DNA of 64,000 nt from Gemmatimonadales bacterium (GCA_037189525.1 JBBCJC010000003.1:416001-480000); one strand, 5' to 3'. Numbered from the stretch's first letter, positions 13,505-23,981 are shown. Numbers and translations are program-made. The notes: a model not told the origin generated them from the letters alone.

Positions 13505-13924
13505 GTGGCCAATCGTTGGTTGCTCAAGACCGAACCGTCGACATACTCGTATGCGGACCTCGAACGCGAGGGGCGCGCCGTCTGGGACGGCGTGGCCAAT
13601 GCGGTGGCCCTCAGGAACATGCGCGCCATGGCGGCGGGAGACCTCTGTTTCATCTATCACACGGGTGACGAGAAGCAGATCGTCGGCATCGCGAAAGTGA
13701 CCAAGGCGGCCTATCCCGACCCGAAGGGGAGCGATCCCCGGATGGTCGTGATCGATCTGGAACCAGTTCGGAAGCTGGCTCGGCCGGTGACGCTCGCCGA
13801 GGTCAAGGCCGACCCCCGGTACGCGGACTGGGAACTGGTTCGCCAGGCCCGGCTTTCGGTCATGCCGGTCACGGCCGAGCGGTGGGGCTGGGTCGAAACG
13901 GCGAGCAAAGCCAAGGCGCCGTAG
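13505..13924 (+). CDS. EVE domain protein (PUA-like)
   Basis: [40 protein letters not shown]. Confidence 0.9.
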   Translation: MANRWLLKTEPSTYSYADLEREGRAVWDGVANAVALRNMRAMAAGDLCFIYHTGDEKQIVGIAKVTKAAYPDPKGSDPRMVVIDLEPVRKLARPVTLAEVKADPRYADWELVRQARLSVMPVTAERWGWVETASKAKAP

Positions 13925-13967
13925 AGGGCCGAACAAAAACCGATACCCGTGTTATATTGGGTACCCC

Positions 13968-16040
13968 ATGTCGAGCCCGCCGTTTGAAGTCATTGCGCCG
14001 TTTCTCCCCGCAGGCGACCAGCCCGCCGCCATCGATGCCCTGACGGCAGGGCTTCAGGCCGGGCAGAAGTACCAGACCCTGCTCGGCGTGACCGGATCGG
14101 GCAAGACGCTGACGCTGGCGCACACGATTGCCAACTACGGCAAGCCGACGCTGGTGCTCTCGCACAACAAGACGCTGGCGGCGCAGTTGTACGGGGAACT
14201 GAAGCAGTTCCTGCCCAACAACGCGGTCGAGTACTTCGTCTCGTATTACGACTATTACCAGCCCGAAGCGTACGTCCCCTCGAGCGACCTCTACATCGAA
14301 AAGGACGCCTCGATCAACGAGGACATCGAGTCGCTCCGGCTCCGGGCCACCTCGAGTCTGATGGAGCGCGAGGACGTGGTCATCGTCGCCACGGTCAGCG
14401 CCATCTACGGCTTGGGCGATCCGGCCACCTACCGGAGCATGATGTTCAATCTCCGGGTCGGTCAGGAGCGGGGGCGGGATGCCATCCTGTCCGACCTGGT
14501 GGCCATCCAGTATCACCGGAACGACGTCTCGTTCGATCCCGGATCGTTCCGGGTCCGGGGCGACACGGTGGAAATCTTCCCCGCCTATGCGGAGCAGGCG
14601 GTACGGGTCGAGCTCTGGGGCGACGTGATCGAGCGGATCACCAAGATCCATCCGGTCTCCGGTAAGACCATCGCCCAGCTGGAGCATTGCGCCATCTTTC
14701 CCGCCAAGCACTTCGTGACCGAGCGGCCAGCCATCGAACGGGCCGTGGGGTTGATTCGTGCGGAGCTGGCGGAGCGCCTGATGGAGCTGCGGGTGGCGGG
14801 GAAGTTGCTGGAGGCGCAGCGGCTCGAGTCGCGCACCAATTTCGACATCGACATGCTGCTCGAGATCGGTACCTGCCCGGGCATCGAGAATTACTCGCGG
14901 CTGATTTCGGGGCGCCAGGCGGGCGAGCGGCCAGCCTGTCTGATCGACTACTTCCCGGCGGACTTCCTGGTGGTGGTCGACGAGTCCCACGTCAGCCTGC
15001 CGCAGATCGGCGGGATGTTCAACGGCGACCGCGCCCGCAAGCAGACCCTCGTCGAATACGGCTTCCGGCTACCCTCGGCGCTCGATAACCGCCCGCTGCA
15101 TTTCGACGAGTTCATGGCGCTCGCTCCGCAGATGCTGTCGGTCTCTGCCACGCCCGGAGAATTCGAGTTGGGCTTGTCGGAAGGGCAGGTCGTCGAGCAG
15201 ATCATCCGGCCCACCTTCCTGGTCGACCCGCGGGTCGAGATCCGGCCGGTCCGGGGCCAGGTGGACGATCTGCTGGGCGAGATCCGGGAGCGGGTGCGCC
15301 TCCGCGAGCGCGTCCTGGTGACCACGCTCACCAAGCGGATGGCCGAAGATCTCTCAGACTACCTGCAACAGGTCGGTGTCCGGGTGCGCTATCTCCATTC
15401 CGACATCGATGCCATCGAGCGGATGGAGATTCTTCGCGGGCTCCGGTTGGGTGATTTCGATGTCCTGGTGGGCATCAACCTGCTGCGCGAGGGCCTCGAC
15501 CTGCCGGAGGTGTCGCTGGTTGCGATTCTCGACGCGGATCAGGAAGGCTTTCTGCGGAGCGACCGTTCGCTGATCCAGACCGTCGGCCGGGCCGCCCGCA
15601 ATCTCAACGGGCTCGGCATCCTGTACGCCGATAAGGTGACCGGCTCGATGCGGCGCGCGCTCGACGAGATGGATCGCCGCCGTGCGCGGCAGCTGGCGTA
15701 CAACGCCGAGCACGGCGTCACGCCCCGGTCGATCACCAAGTCGTTCGACGAAGTGCGGCTCTCGACCTACGTGGCGGATGCGCGGACCGAGCGCCCGACC
15801 GGCAAGGACAAGCGGGAAGCGCCGGTGGCGCCCGACCTGCGCGATCCGGCCTCGCGCGCCAAGGCCATGCAGGCGCTCGAACATCAGATGCGGGAAGCGG
15901 CGGCCAATCTCGAGTTCGAGCTGGCGGCAATGCTCCGGGACCAACTCAACGAACTGCGGGCGCTGGACACGGGCAACGTCTCCCGGCCCTCCATGGGGTC
16001 GGGCCAGCCTCGGCGGATGGCCCGGCGGGGGCGGCGTTAG
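13968..16040 (+). CDS. uvrB: Excinuclease ABC subunit B
   Basis: [48 protein letters not shown]-terminal UVR coil ([11 protein letters not shown]). Confidence 0.98.
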   Translation: MSSPPFEVIAPFLPAGDQPAAIDALTAGLQAGQKYQTLLGVTGSGKTLTLAHTIANYGKPTLVLSHNKTLAAQLYGELKQFLPNNAVEYFVSYYDYYQPEAYVPSSDLYIEKDASINEDIESLRLRATSSLMEREDVVIVATVSAIYGLGDPATYRSMMFNLRVGQERGRDAILSDLVAIQYHRNDVSFDPGSFRVRGDTVEIFPAYAEQAVRVELWGDVIERITKIHPVSGKTIAQLEHCAIFPAKHFVTERPAIERAVGLIRAELAERLMELRVAGKLLEAQRLESRTNFDIDMLLEIGTCPGIENYSRLISGRQAGERPACLIDYFPADFLVVVDESHVSLPQIGGMFNGDRARKQTLVEYGFRLPSALDNRPLHFDEFMALAPQMLSVSATPGEFELGLSEGQVVEQIIRPTFLVDPRVEIRPVRGQVDDLLGEIRERVRLRERVLVTTLTKRMAEDLSDYLQQVGVRVRYLHSDIDAIERMEILRGLRLGDFDVLVGINLLREGLDLPEVSLVAILDADQEGFLRSDRSLIQTVGRAARNLNGLGILYADKVTGSMRRALDEMDRRRARQLAYNAEHGVTPRSITKSFDEVRLSTYVADARTERPTGKDKREAPVAPDLRDPASRAKAMQALEHQMREAAANLEFELAAMLRDQLNELRALDTGNVSRPSMGSGQPRRMARRGRR

Positions 16041-16044
16041 GCCG

Positions 16045-16452
16045 ATGCGCCGCCTCGTGAACGAGTCCCAACTGGCCGCGCTGGGTGAGCAGATCGGACG
16101 CAACCTGACGCGCCATGGCGTGGTCTGGCTCGAGGGAGAAATGGGCGCCGGCAAGACGACGATGGTGCAGAGCCTGGTGCGGGGCCTCGGGGTAGTCGGT
16201 GAGGTGACCAGTCCGACCTACGGGTTGGTCCATCGATATGAGAGCCCGCTTGGTCCGGTCTATCATGTCGATTGCTATCGGCTGTCCCGTCCGGAGGAGA
16301 GCCGGGACATCGATTGGGATTCTCTGGTGCAGGGGCAGGCGCTCCTGGTCGAATGGCCCGAGCGGGCCGCCGGATGGATTCCGGAGCCGAGCCATCGGAT
16401 TCGCCTCGAGTATGCCGACGATCCCGACAACCGCTGGATCTCCATCTCATGA
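16045..16452 (+). CDS. tsaE: tRNA threonylcarbamoyladenosine biosynthesis ATPase TsaE
   Basis: LEGEMGAGKTT, VTSPTY, HVDCYRL, VEWPER. Confidence 0.93.
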   Translation: MRRLVNESQLAALGEQIGRNLTRHGVVWLEGEMGAGKTTMVQSLVRGLGVVGEVTSPTYGLVHRYESPLGPVYHVDCYRLSRPEESRDIDWDSLVQGQALLVEWPERAAGWIPEPSHRIRLEYADDPDNRWISIS

Positions 16453-17162
16453 TCGTGCTTGCGCTTGATGCGGCCACGGATCGTCTCTCGGTTGCTGCGG
16501 GCCAGCCCCGGGGCCGGCAGGCCATGCGCGGGTTGCGGGGTGCGCGCCGGCATGCCGGTGCGTTACCGCAGTTGGTCGACGAGGTGCTGGCCGAAATCGG
16601 GGTGAGCCTGGATCAGGTCGAGGCGCTTGCCGTGAGCGACGGTCCCGGCAGCTTTACCGGTCTTCGGGTCGCCGCCTCGTGGGCCAAAGCGGTCTGGCGT
16701 GTCCGATCGCTGCCGTTCTGGACCGCGTCGACCCTGCTGGTGCGCGCGGCTCGTCATGCGGAGCCGGGGGTGGATCTGATCGGGGTCGGATCGGCGCTCC
16801 GGGGTGAGGTCTATGCGGCGGGATATCGGGTGACGGATCACGGAATCGAGACCATATTCGCCCCATCAGTGGCGAGCCCGGGGCGGGGTCACCTCCAGGA
16901 TCGGACGGTGGACCTCCTGGTCGGCGACCTTCCCGAAGCCGAAATGGCCTCGTGGGGTCTGGCCCGCCGAGTGGTGGCGGGTGAGGAGGGGCAGCCCGAT
17001 GCGCGGACCCTGATCGATCTGGTCGGGGTTCCTGGCGGGGCCCGGTTGATCGACGCGCCGTCGGAGTGGGAGCCGGAGTACGGGCGGCCCGCCGAAGCCC
17101 AGGCAAAGTGGGAGCAGGCCCATGGCCGACCGTTATCGGATTCGACCGGCCGACCCGGCTGA
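16449..17162 (+). CDS. tsaB: tRNA threonylcarbamoyladenosine biosynthesis protein TsaB
   Basis: LALDAAT, GPGSFTGLRV, RGEVY, EPEYGR; follows tsaE. Confidence 0.92.
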   Translation: MIVLALDAATDRLSVAAGQPRGRQAMRGLRGARRHAGALPQLVDEVLAEIGVSLDQVEALAVSDGPGSFTGLRVAASWAKAVWRVRSLPFWTASTLLVRAARHAEPGVDLIGVGSALRGEVYAAGYRVTDHGIETIFAPSVASPGRGHLQDRTVDLLVGDLPEAEMASWGLARRVVAGEEGQPDARTLIDLVGVPGGARLIDAPSEWEPEYGRPAEAQAKWEQAHGRPLSDSTGRPG

Positions 17163-17592
17163 TATCGACGCCCTGGCCGGGGCGGAGAAGCGGTCTTTCT
17201 CCGACCCCTGGAGCCGGGCGGGGATCACGGAGCTGTTCGATAACGAAACAGTTCGGGGCTTTGTCGCCGTCGACGATGGTCCGGAAATGCGCCTTGCAGG
17301 ATACGTCTTTGCTCGAGTCGTTGCGGGTGAGGCGGAGATTCTGAACATTGCAGTCGTGCCGGAGGATCGGCGGTCCGGGTTGGGACGGCGCCTGCTCGAA
17401 GTGGTACTCGAAGCGGTGCGATCGGCGGGGGCAGAGTCCGTCTTTCTCGAGGTCAGGGAATCGAACGAGGCCGCCAAGCGCCTCTATGGTGGCCTGGGGT
17501 TTCGCCCGATAGGATTTCGGGCGGATTACTATCGCAAACCACGTGAACATGCCCTGGTTTTGCGACTCGACCTCAAAATGGTGTTGATTTGA
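17122..17592 (+). CDS. rimI: Ribosomal protein S18 N-acetyltransferase (GNAT)
   Basis: FSDPWS, EAEILNIAV, RRSGLG, FLEVRESNEAAKRLY, RADYY; usual position after tsaB. Confidence 0.9.
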   Translation: MADRYRIRPADPADIDALAGAEKRSFSDPWSRAGITELFDNETVRGFVAVDDGPEMRLAGYVFARVVAGEAEILNIAVVPEDRRSGLGRRLLEVVLEAVRSAGAESVFLEVRESNEAAKRLYGGLGFRPIGFRADYYRKPREHALVLRLDLKMVLI

Positions 17593-17690
17593 TACATTGT
17601 GCGTAAGTTTGGTAACAGTAATGACTTGTGACGCCGCTACCGTGGTGGTGTCCCCGGTGGTCCTGCCCTGAATCGTTAGGAGAGTTCGCC

Positions 17691-18164
17691 ATGAGCCGCA
17701 GTCTCAACAAAGTCACCCTGATCGGGAATCTCGGTTCGGATCCTGAGGTCCGGAGTACCGCCAACGGAGGCCGGGTTGCCACTTTGTCGGTGGCCACGGG
17801 CCGCCGGTGGAAGGGGCAGAGCGGCGACATGCAGGAAAAGACCGAGTGGCACCGGGTGGTGCTCTGGAACAACAAAGGCTCGAACCTTGCTGACATCGCC
17901 GAGCGGTATTGTAAGAAGGGCGACAAAGTCTACGTCGAAGGGTCCATCGAGTACCGGAGCTGGCAGGACAAGGAGGGGCAGACTCGGTACACCACCGAGA
18001 TCACTGCCCGCGAACTGATCCTGCTCTCCGGTCGGGGTGGTCCCGACGGCGAGTCCTTCTCCCCGGCCCGGGCCAGCGCTGCGGCTCCGGCGGCGGGCAA
18101 GAAGGAGTCGTTTGATGATTTCCCGGAGGCGCTCGATGCCGAGGAAGATGATTTGCCGTTCTAA
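17691..18164 (+). CDS. ssb: Single-stranded DNA-binding protein
   Basis: LNKVTLIGNLGSDPE, EKTEWHRVV, KGDKVYVEG, acidic tail DDLPF; AGGAG RBS. Confidence 0.98.
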   Translation: MSRSLNKVTLIGNLGSDPEVRSTANGGRVATLSVATGRRWKGQSGDMQEKTEWHRVVLWNNKGSNLADIAERYCKKGDKVYVEGSIEYRSWQDKEGQTRYTTEITARELILLSGRGGPDGESFSPARASAAAPAAGKKESFDDFPEALDAEEDDLPF

Positions 18165-19308
18165 GTTGTTCGCAAGCCTGGTTCTGCTGGGCGCCGCGGC
18201 CGTTCCGTTTTCGGCCGCGGTATCCCAGGCGGCCAGCCGTCCGTCCGCGACCTACACGGTCCGGCCGGGCGACACCCTGTTCTCGATTGCCCGGCAGCTG
18301 CTGGGCGACCACCACCAGTGGAGCCGGATCTACGAGCTGAATCGCGATGTGCTCGGCAATCCGAATCGGATCGAACCGGGCCAGGTGCTGCGAATGCCGT
18401 TCGAAGGCGAGACGGCACGTCCCGCCGAACCGGCGCCTGCAGTGGACACGCCCGCGGCAGCTCCGGATGTCAAGCTTCCGACTCCGCAGCGTCCTGCCCG
18501 CGGCGTCGTGGTCTTTCCGAGCGAGCCGACCGAAGCCCAGCAGGATACGACCTTCCGTCGGCGCCGCGCGGTCGATGCGACCTCCGCGCTTCGGACCTAC
18601 CGGGACCAGCCGTACCGCGCCTTGCGGTCGGGGGAGTTCCATTCGGCCGGCTTTCTGACCGAAGATGCCGCGTTGCCCTACGGCACGCTGCTCGGCACCG
18701 TCACGCCGCCGCAGATTCGCAACATGACCAATCGGACCTCGGCCACGCTGCATACCACGGTGGCGGTTCGGGCTCCTGAGGGCGCCACCTACCGGGTTGG
18801 CGACTCGCTGCTCGTGGTGCAGTTGCAGCCCGGGCCGGCCGGGTTCGGCCAGATCGTGTTGCCGACGGGCATGGTCCGTATCACCGAAGAAACCGGGGCG
18901 CAGTTGATCGGCACCGTGGTGGCAGTGTACGGACCGATTCGGAACGAGCAGCTCCTCCTGCCGGTCGAGCCGTTTACGGATGGCGGCAGCAGCCGGGCCC
19001 AGCCGGTGGCCGATGGAGTGACCGGGACGGTCCTGGCGCGCCGCGAACTGCGTGAGCTCGCCCAGCCCCAGCAGTTCCTCTTCATCGACCGGGGCAGCCG
19101 GGATGGTGTTGCGCGCGGCGACCTCTTCGAGATCCGCCGAGCCCCCGACGCCCGAAACGGCGATGCCGGGACCATCGATGAGCTGATGGCCGTGGTTCAG
19201 GTCGTCCACGTCCGCGAGCGGAGCGCGACGGTCCGGATCGTCAACGTGATCTCGCCGGATGTCCCGCCGGGCACCCCCATCAAGCAGGTCGGCAAGCTGC
19301 CAACCTGA
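18148..19308 (+). CDS. Exported LysM peptidoglycan-binding protein with C-terminal beta domains (TsaP-like architecture)
   Basis: Signal peptide, LysM YTVRPGDTLFSIA...IYELNR...NPNRIEPGQVLRMP, Pro/Ala linker, FIDRGSRDGVARGDLFEIRR; start uncertain (18148 or 18166). Confidence 0.8.
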   Translation: MICRSKLFASLVLLGAAAVPFSAAVSQAASRPSATYTVRPGDTLFSIARQLLGDHHQWSRIYELNRDVLGNPNRIEPGQVLRMPFEGETARPAEPAPAVDTPAAAPDVKLPTPQRPARGVVVFPSEPTEAQQDTTFRRRRAVDATSALRTYRDQPYRALRSGEFHSAGFLTEDAALPYGTLLGTVTPPQIRNMTNRTSATLHTTVAVRAPEGATYRVGDSLLVVQLQPGPAGFGQIVLPTGMVRITEETGAQLIGTVVAVYGPIRNEQLLLPVEPFTDGGSSRAQPVADGVTGTVLARRELRELAQPQQFLFIDRGSRDGVARGDLFEIRRAPDARNGDAGTIDELMAVVQVVHVRERSATVRIVNVISPDVPPGTPIKQVGKLPT

Positions 19309-19337
19309 CCGATCGACCGACAGCAGCAGATTGAATC

Positions 19338-19372
19338 GCGCGGGGCCGTCCATAACGGCCCCGTGTGCTTTT
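19338..19372 (+). terminator. Putative intrinsic terminator after ssb-LysM
   Basis: GCGCGGGGCCGT-ccata-ACGGCCCCGTGT hairpin followed by a T tract. Confidence 0.65.
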
Positions 19373-19488
19373 ATCTTGTTGTCTGTCAACGTCGATGAGC
19401 CTTGGGCGTCTCCCCTCGCCAGGTGCTCGGGACGGCCGCGGTTTCCCCGACAGGGACCGCGGTAAGAGCCTTCAATTGAGGAGAGTGG

Positions 19489-20205
19489 ATGCTTTTCGCC
19501 ATCCAAGGGTCCGACGTCGCTCCAGGGTCCGTGCGAGAACTGCTCGCGATCGCCACGCCGATTACGCTGGTCGTGCTCGCCGTCATTGCCATCCTCTCCC
19601 TCTACTCCTGGTTCGTGATGGGAGTGAAATGGTGGCAGTTCCGTAAAATCCGAAAACAGGCCGACCGGTTCTTCACGGCGATCGAGGGAGCGCCCAAGCT
19701 GCCCGACGCCTATCGCGTCGTGATGAAGCTGCCGCCGTCGCCCTTCAACCGCCTGTTTCGCGAGGCCATGAATTTCTACGGCGAACTGGTGCCAGGCTTC
19801 ACGCGGGAAGGGCCGACCGAAAAGGTCGGGCTCACGCCGACCCAGCTCGATGCGTTCAAGATGATGCTGGCCAAGGAGGTCGGGACCGAGCGGGATGCCG
19901 CGACGCGAAGCGTCTCGTCGCTGGCGACGGTCGGCACGGTCAGTCCCCTCCTGGGTCTGCTTGGTACGGTGCTCGGCGTGATGCACACCTTCGTGGGCCT
20001 GGGTTCCAAGGGAAGCGGGAACATTGCCGCCGTGGCGCCGGGTATTGCTGACGCGCTGATTGCGACCGCGGGCGGCATCGGGGCCGCCATCCCCGCGCTG
20101 ATGGCGTACAACTATTTCGCCAATCGGATTTCGCAGTTCGAGTCCGAGCTCGAAGGGTTTGCCAACGGCCTGGTCGGCTGGATGGCGCGGGAAGGGTGGT
20201 TGTAG
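19489..20205 (+). CDS. tolQ: TolQ (MotA/TolQ/ExbB proton channel)
   Basis: LATVGTVSPLLGLLGTVLG, AVAPGIADALIATAGG..AAIPA; first gene of the tol-pal cluster. Confidence 0.88.
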   Translation: MLFAIQGSDVAPGSVRELLAIATPITLVVLAVIAILSLYSWFVMGVKWWQFRKIRKQADRFFTAIEGAPKLPDAYRVVMKLPPSPFNRLFREAMNFYGELVPGFTREGPTEKVGLTPTQLDAFKMMLAKEVGTERDAATRSVSSLATVGTVSPLLGLLGTVLGVMHTFVGLGSKGSGNIAAVAPGIADALIATAGGIGAAIPALMAYNYFANRISQFESELEGFANGLVGWMAREGWL

Positions 20206-20208
20206 CCG

Positions 20209-20640
20209 ATGGCGGGCGGGATCAGCGGAGCCAGCGTCGGGCGCAAACGCCTCGCGGTCAATACCGAAGTCAACATGACGCCGCTGGTCGACGTGGCGCT
20301 CGTGTTGCTCATCATCTTCATGATTACGGCGCCCATCATGATGGGCGGGGTCGACGTCCAGTTGCCTCAGGCCTCGGCGACCCCGTTGGCGGCCAAGGAT
20401 GGCGTGGTCATCACGGTCGATCGCAACGGGCAGGTCTTCGTCGATGACATCCCGGTGTCGGCGGCCGAGTTGCAGGCCACGGTCCGCCGGTTGATGGATC
20501 AGCGGAATGCGTCCGGCGTCTATGTCCGGGGCGATCGGGCGACGCCGTACGGCAACGTGGTGCGGGTGATTGCCGCGCTGCACCAGGCGGGGATCACCTC
20601 CGCCGGGTTGGTAACTGAAGAGGAAGACATCCGACGATGA
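20209..20640 (+). CDS. tolR: TolR (ExbD family)
   Basis: EVNMTPLVDVALVLLIIFMITAP, VQLPQA, RGDRATPYG. Confidence 0.88.
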   Translation: MAGGISGASVGRKRLAVNTEVNMTPLVDVALVLLIIFMITAPIMMGGVDVQLPQASATPLAAKDGVVITVDRNGQVFVDDIPVSAAELQATVRRLMDQRNASGVYVRGDRATPYGNVVRVIAALHQAGITSAGLVTEEEDIRR

Positions 20641-21332
20641 TCTTTCGGCGCGCGACGGGGTGGTCTCGGGAAGGGGTCCTGGCCGGGGTGGGGGGGACGC
20701 TTGCCGTGCACGCGCTGCTGGTCGCGGTGCTGTTGATCTCGTCGCGCGGGTCCAGTGGTCCGGCGCCGATCGTCTACTCCGTGAACCTGGTCGCGGCGCC
20801 TGCGCCGACCACGTCGACCGCGCGGGTGGTGCCGCCCTCGGTGCCACCGCCGCCGCCGGCGCCGCCCAAGGTGTCGCCGGCTCCCTCACCGGTGCCGCGC
20901 CGCACTCCGCAGCGGACGCCGCCGCCGACGGTCGACCCGAAGGCCACGCCGGCTCCGCCGACACGGACCCAGAATCAGCCGGTCCCGGGGGCCACGCCGA
21001 GCACCGGTACCGACGTGGACAACGTCCGGGTCCAGGGTGTCGCCTTTCCGTATCCGGACTATCTCAACCGGATCGTCAATGAAATATTGCGTCGCTGGGC
21101 GCGGCCGGTCGGGGCCGGGGCGCTCGAGGCGGAGATCAGTTTTACGGTAATGCGGGACGGCTCGGTCAAGGATATCCGAGTGCTCCGGTCGTCGCGCAAT
21201 TACACCTTTGATTTGGAAGCGCAGGGGGCCGTCGAGCAGGCGGCTGAAGACCGGGCGTTTGGTCCGCTGCCAGCAGGGTGGGGATCCGACATACTGCAGG
21301 TGGCGTTTTCCTTCACGCCGAGGAGGCGGTGA
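20637..21332 (+). CDS. tolA: TolA/TonB-like energy transducer (Pro-rich linker, TonB-C-like domain)
   Basis: N-terminal TM with TLAVH, Pro-rich stalk, FTVMRDGSV...RSSRNYTFD...PLP; lies between tolR and tolB. Confidence 0.75.
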   Translation: MIFRRATGWSREGVLAGVGGTLAVHALLVAVLLISSRGSSGPAPIVYSVNLVAAPAPTTSTARVVPPSVPPPPPAPPKVSPAPSPVPRRTPQRTPPPTVDPKATPAPPTRTQNQPVPGATPSTGTDVDNVRVQGVAFPYPDYLNRIVNEILRRWARPVGAGALEAEISFTVMRDGSVKDIRVLRSSRNYTFDLEAQGAVEQAAEDRAFGPLPAGWGSDILQVAFSFTPRRR

Positions 21333-22615
21333 TGCGGCGTTGGTTGCTTCTGATGATGGTCACGCTCGGAGTGAACTCCCTCTGGGCGCAGGATACGGTG
21401 CGGGTGCGCGGGGTCTACGACCCGGGTACGCGAGCTGGTCTGGTCGTGCTGCCGACGACACCGGCACTGGATTCGATCAGGGCAATCATTGCTCGGGATC
21501 TCGACTACAGTGATCTGTTCGACGTGATCACGCTGCCGGCTGTGGGTCCGGTCACCGACCAGGTGCTCACGACGATCAACTATCCATTATATCGATCGTT
21601 GAAGGCCGGGCTCGCAGTCGAAGTCACCGGCGTAGGTGGAAATGTTACGATCAAGATTCACGATCTGGGCACGGAGTCGGTCCGGCACGAGATGACTCAC
21701 CCCCTCGACGCCTCGGGGGTCGGGGAAGCGCGGATGGCGGTGCATCGGGTTTCCGACGAAATCGTGAATGTGACCACGGGGAAGACCGGGATCGCGGCCA
21801 CGCGGATCCTGTTCGTCAACAACAACGACAAGCGGATCTATCGGATCGACAGCGACGGGTATGGGCTCGCGCCGATGAGTCCTGCCAACGTGCTCGCGAT
21901 CTCGCCCGTCTGGTCGCCGGATGGGAGTCGGTTCGCCTATACCCAGATTGGTGGGGAAGGGCCGGGTACGCTGATTCTGCAGTCCACTTCTACGGGAACC
22001 CGCGTGGTGGTGCCGACGACGACCTCGGGCCAGAACATCACGCCGTCATTTTCATCCGATGGGCGCCGCCTCGTTTTCTCCAAAATTACGGAGCAGGCGG
22101 CCAACCTCTACACGGTCAACGTTGCCGATCTCTGCTGCGCGGAACGGATTACTGCCGTTCGGTTTGCAGAAAACCTCTCGCCTGTCTATTCTCCCGACGG
22201 TCGGCGGGTCGCGTTCGTCTCCAATCGAGCCGGTTCGCCACAGATATATGGCATGGCGGCTGATGGTACGAATCAGGAGCTCCTGATTCCGTTCGACTAC
22301 GGTTCTGGCGGAAGTTTTGCTCCTGATTGGTCCGTCGATGGGACAACGATCGTGTTCCATCGAGAATATCAGGGGGCGCCGCAGATCGTCACGTACGATA
22401 TGGGGAGCCGGCAGTTGAAGCAGCAGACGTCGTCTGGACGGAATGAAGATCCCAGTTTCGCGCCGGATGGTCGTCATGTCGTATTCATCTCCAACCGAAC
22501 CGGGCGGGGGCAACTTCATGTCCTCGATCTGGAGACGGCGCGGGTTCGGCAGATCATGACCCCAGGCGTCGCTCGGTTGCCGTCGTGGTCGCGTTCGCTC
22601 GGTCGCGGACGCTAG
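21332..22615 (+). CDS. tolB: TolB periplasmic beta-propeller protein
   Basis: IIARDLDYSDLF, HRVSDEIV...GIAATRI, PD40 repeats (SPVWSPDG, SPVYSPDG, DPSFAPDG). Confidence 0.9.
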   Translation: MRRWLLLMMVTLGVNSLWAQDTVRVRGVYDPGTRAGLVVLPTTPALDSIRAIIARDLDYSDLFDVITLPAVGPVTDQVLTTINYPLYRSLKAGLAVEVTGVGGNVTIKIHDLGTESVRHEMTHPLDASGVGEARMAVHRVSDEIVNVTTGKTGIAATRILFVNNNDKRIYRIDSDGYGLAPMSPANVLAISPVWSPDGSRFAYTQIGGEGPGTLILQSTSTGTRVVVPTTTSGQNITPSFSSDGRRLVFSKITEQAANLYTVNVADLCCAERITAVRFAENLSPVYSPDGRRVAFVSNRAGSPQIYGMAADGTNQELLIPFDYGSGGSFAPDWSVDGTTIVFHREYQGAPQIVTYDMGSRQLKQQTSSGRNEDPSFAPDGRHVVFISNRTGRGQLHVLDLETARVRQIMTPGVARLPSWSRSLGRGR

Positions 22616-22650
22616 AGGCTACTCACCCAATTTTATCCGAGGTACACCTC

Positions 22651-23205
22651 ATGCGAATTCGGACTTTCGCTCTGGCGCTCGGTGTCATGGTCACGGCTGC
22701 CTGCGGTAAAAAGGAGCCCGAGGTCATTCCGACGCCGACTCCCCCGCCCGCAAGCCCGACCCCGGCGCCGACGCCTCCTCCGCCGCCACCGCCGGCAACG
22801 GACGGTGATGCGGCAGCGGCTGCTGAGCATGCCGAAGTAACCCGCCTGCTGCAGCAGGTGATCTACTTCGAACTCGACAAAGATGAGATTCGGGCCGAGG
22901 ATCGGCCGGTGCTCGAGCAGAAGGCGGCGATTCTGCAAGCCAATCCGTCGTTGCGGATCCGGATTGCCGGACACGCCGACGAGCGCGGCTCCGACGAGTA
23001 CAACCTCGTTCTCGGCACCCGCCGCGCCACCTCGGCCAAGCGGTTCCTCGAGACCCGCGGCATCGACGGCAGCCGGATCGATATCATCTCGTACGGCGAA
23101 GAGCGGCCGGCCAACCCGGCGTCGAACGAAGGCGCCTGGGCCCAGAATCGTCGCGATGAGTTCGAAATCACGAGCGGCGGCGCCCGCCTGGTGAGACCGC
23201 GGTGA
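22651..23205 (+). CDS. pal: Peptidoglycan-associated lipoprotein
   Basis: Lipobox TAAC, IYFELD, GHADERGSDEYNLVLG, SYGEERP, AQNRR. Confidence 0.93.
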   Translation: MRIRTFALALGVMVTAACGKKEPEVIPTPTPPPASPTPAPTPPPPPPPATDGDAAAAAEHAEVTRLLQQVIYFELDKDEIRAEDRPVLEQKAAILQANPSLRIRIAGHADERGSDEYNLVLGTRRATSAKRFLETRGIDGSRIDIISYGEERPANPASNEGAWAQNRRDEFEITSGGARLVRPR

Positions 23206-23981
23206 ACCGACTGTTGCTGGTGGCCCTCGCGGCCGGCCTGACCGCGGGATGCGCCACCAAAGGCTCAGTGCGCCAGGTCGAGACGCAGGTACTGGTGCTC
23301 CGCGCAGAGACGGCGCGCCAGGACTCGGTGCGGGCTGCGGAGCTGGCGCGCATCATTCGCCTCCAGCAACAGGCCATCGATTCACTCAACGCGTCACGTC
23401 AGGCCATCCGGGTGCTGGAGGCCCGGGTAGGCAGTGACCTGACCGACGTCCAGCGTCAGCTGCTGCAGATTCAGGAGTTGTCGGGCCAGAGTCAGCGGCA
23501 GCTGTCGCTCCTCAAGGCGCAGCTGGATGCCCGTGCCGAGGCGCAGTCGCTGGGGCCGGTAGATTCGACCCGCCCGGTCGATTCGGCGGCCCCGCCGCCC
23601 GCGGCCTCGGCCGAGCAGATGTATGTCGGCGCATTGCAGCAGTATCAGCGGGGAAGTCCGGGCGTGGCCCGCCGGGCGTTCCTCGAATTCCTGCAGCAGT
23701 ATCCGACCCATCCGAACGTGCCGGATGCGATGTACTGGGTGGCGGAATCGTTCGAGGCCGAGTTGCCGGATACGGCTATTGCGCGGTTCCAGCAGCTCCA
23801 TGCGAAGTTCCCCCAGTCCCGGCGCTCACCGACCGCGTTGTACAAGATCGGTTACGTGCTCGAGACGGTAAAGAAATCGCCGGCCCAGGCTCGGGCGGCG
23901 TACCAGCGGCTGGTGACCGAGTATCCTCGTTCGGAAGATGCCGACTTGGCCAGGGCGCGACTCGAGAGCCTCAAACCCTAG
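23202..23981 (+). CDS. cpoB: Tol-Pal associated CpoB/YbgF (coiled coil plus TPR, lipoprotein)
   Basis: LTAGC, coiled coil, FLQQYP...PDAMYW, PTALYKIG, LVTEYPRS; directly after pal. Confidence 0.85.
   Translation: MNRLLLVALAAGLTAGCATKGSVRQVETQVLVLRAETARQDSVRAAELARIIRLQQQAIDSLNASRQAIRVLEARVGSDLTDVQRQLLQIQELSGQSQRQLSLLKAQLDARAEAQSLGPVDSTRPVDSAAPPPAASAEQMYVGALQQYQRGSPGVARRAFLEFLQQYPTHPNVPDAMYWVAESFEAELPDTAIARFQQLHAKFPQSRRSPTALYKIGYVLETVKKSPAQARAAYQRLVTEYPRSEDADLARARLESLKP

Noticed and set aside
18001..20964. 987-aa minus-strand ORF, and similar long antisense ORFs at 11152-13407, 27714-29573, 41510-43672 and 49808-51946
   Set aside because: They mirror well-supported plus-strand genes, show no recognisable motifs, and are expected shadows of high-GC codon bias
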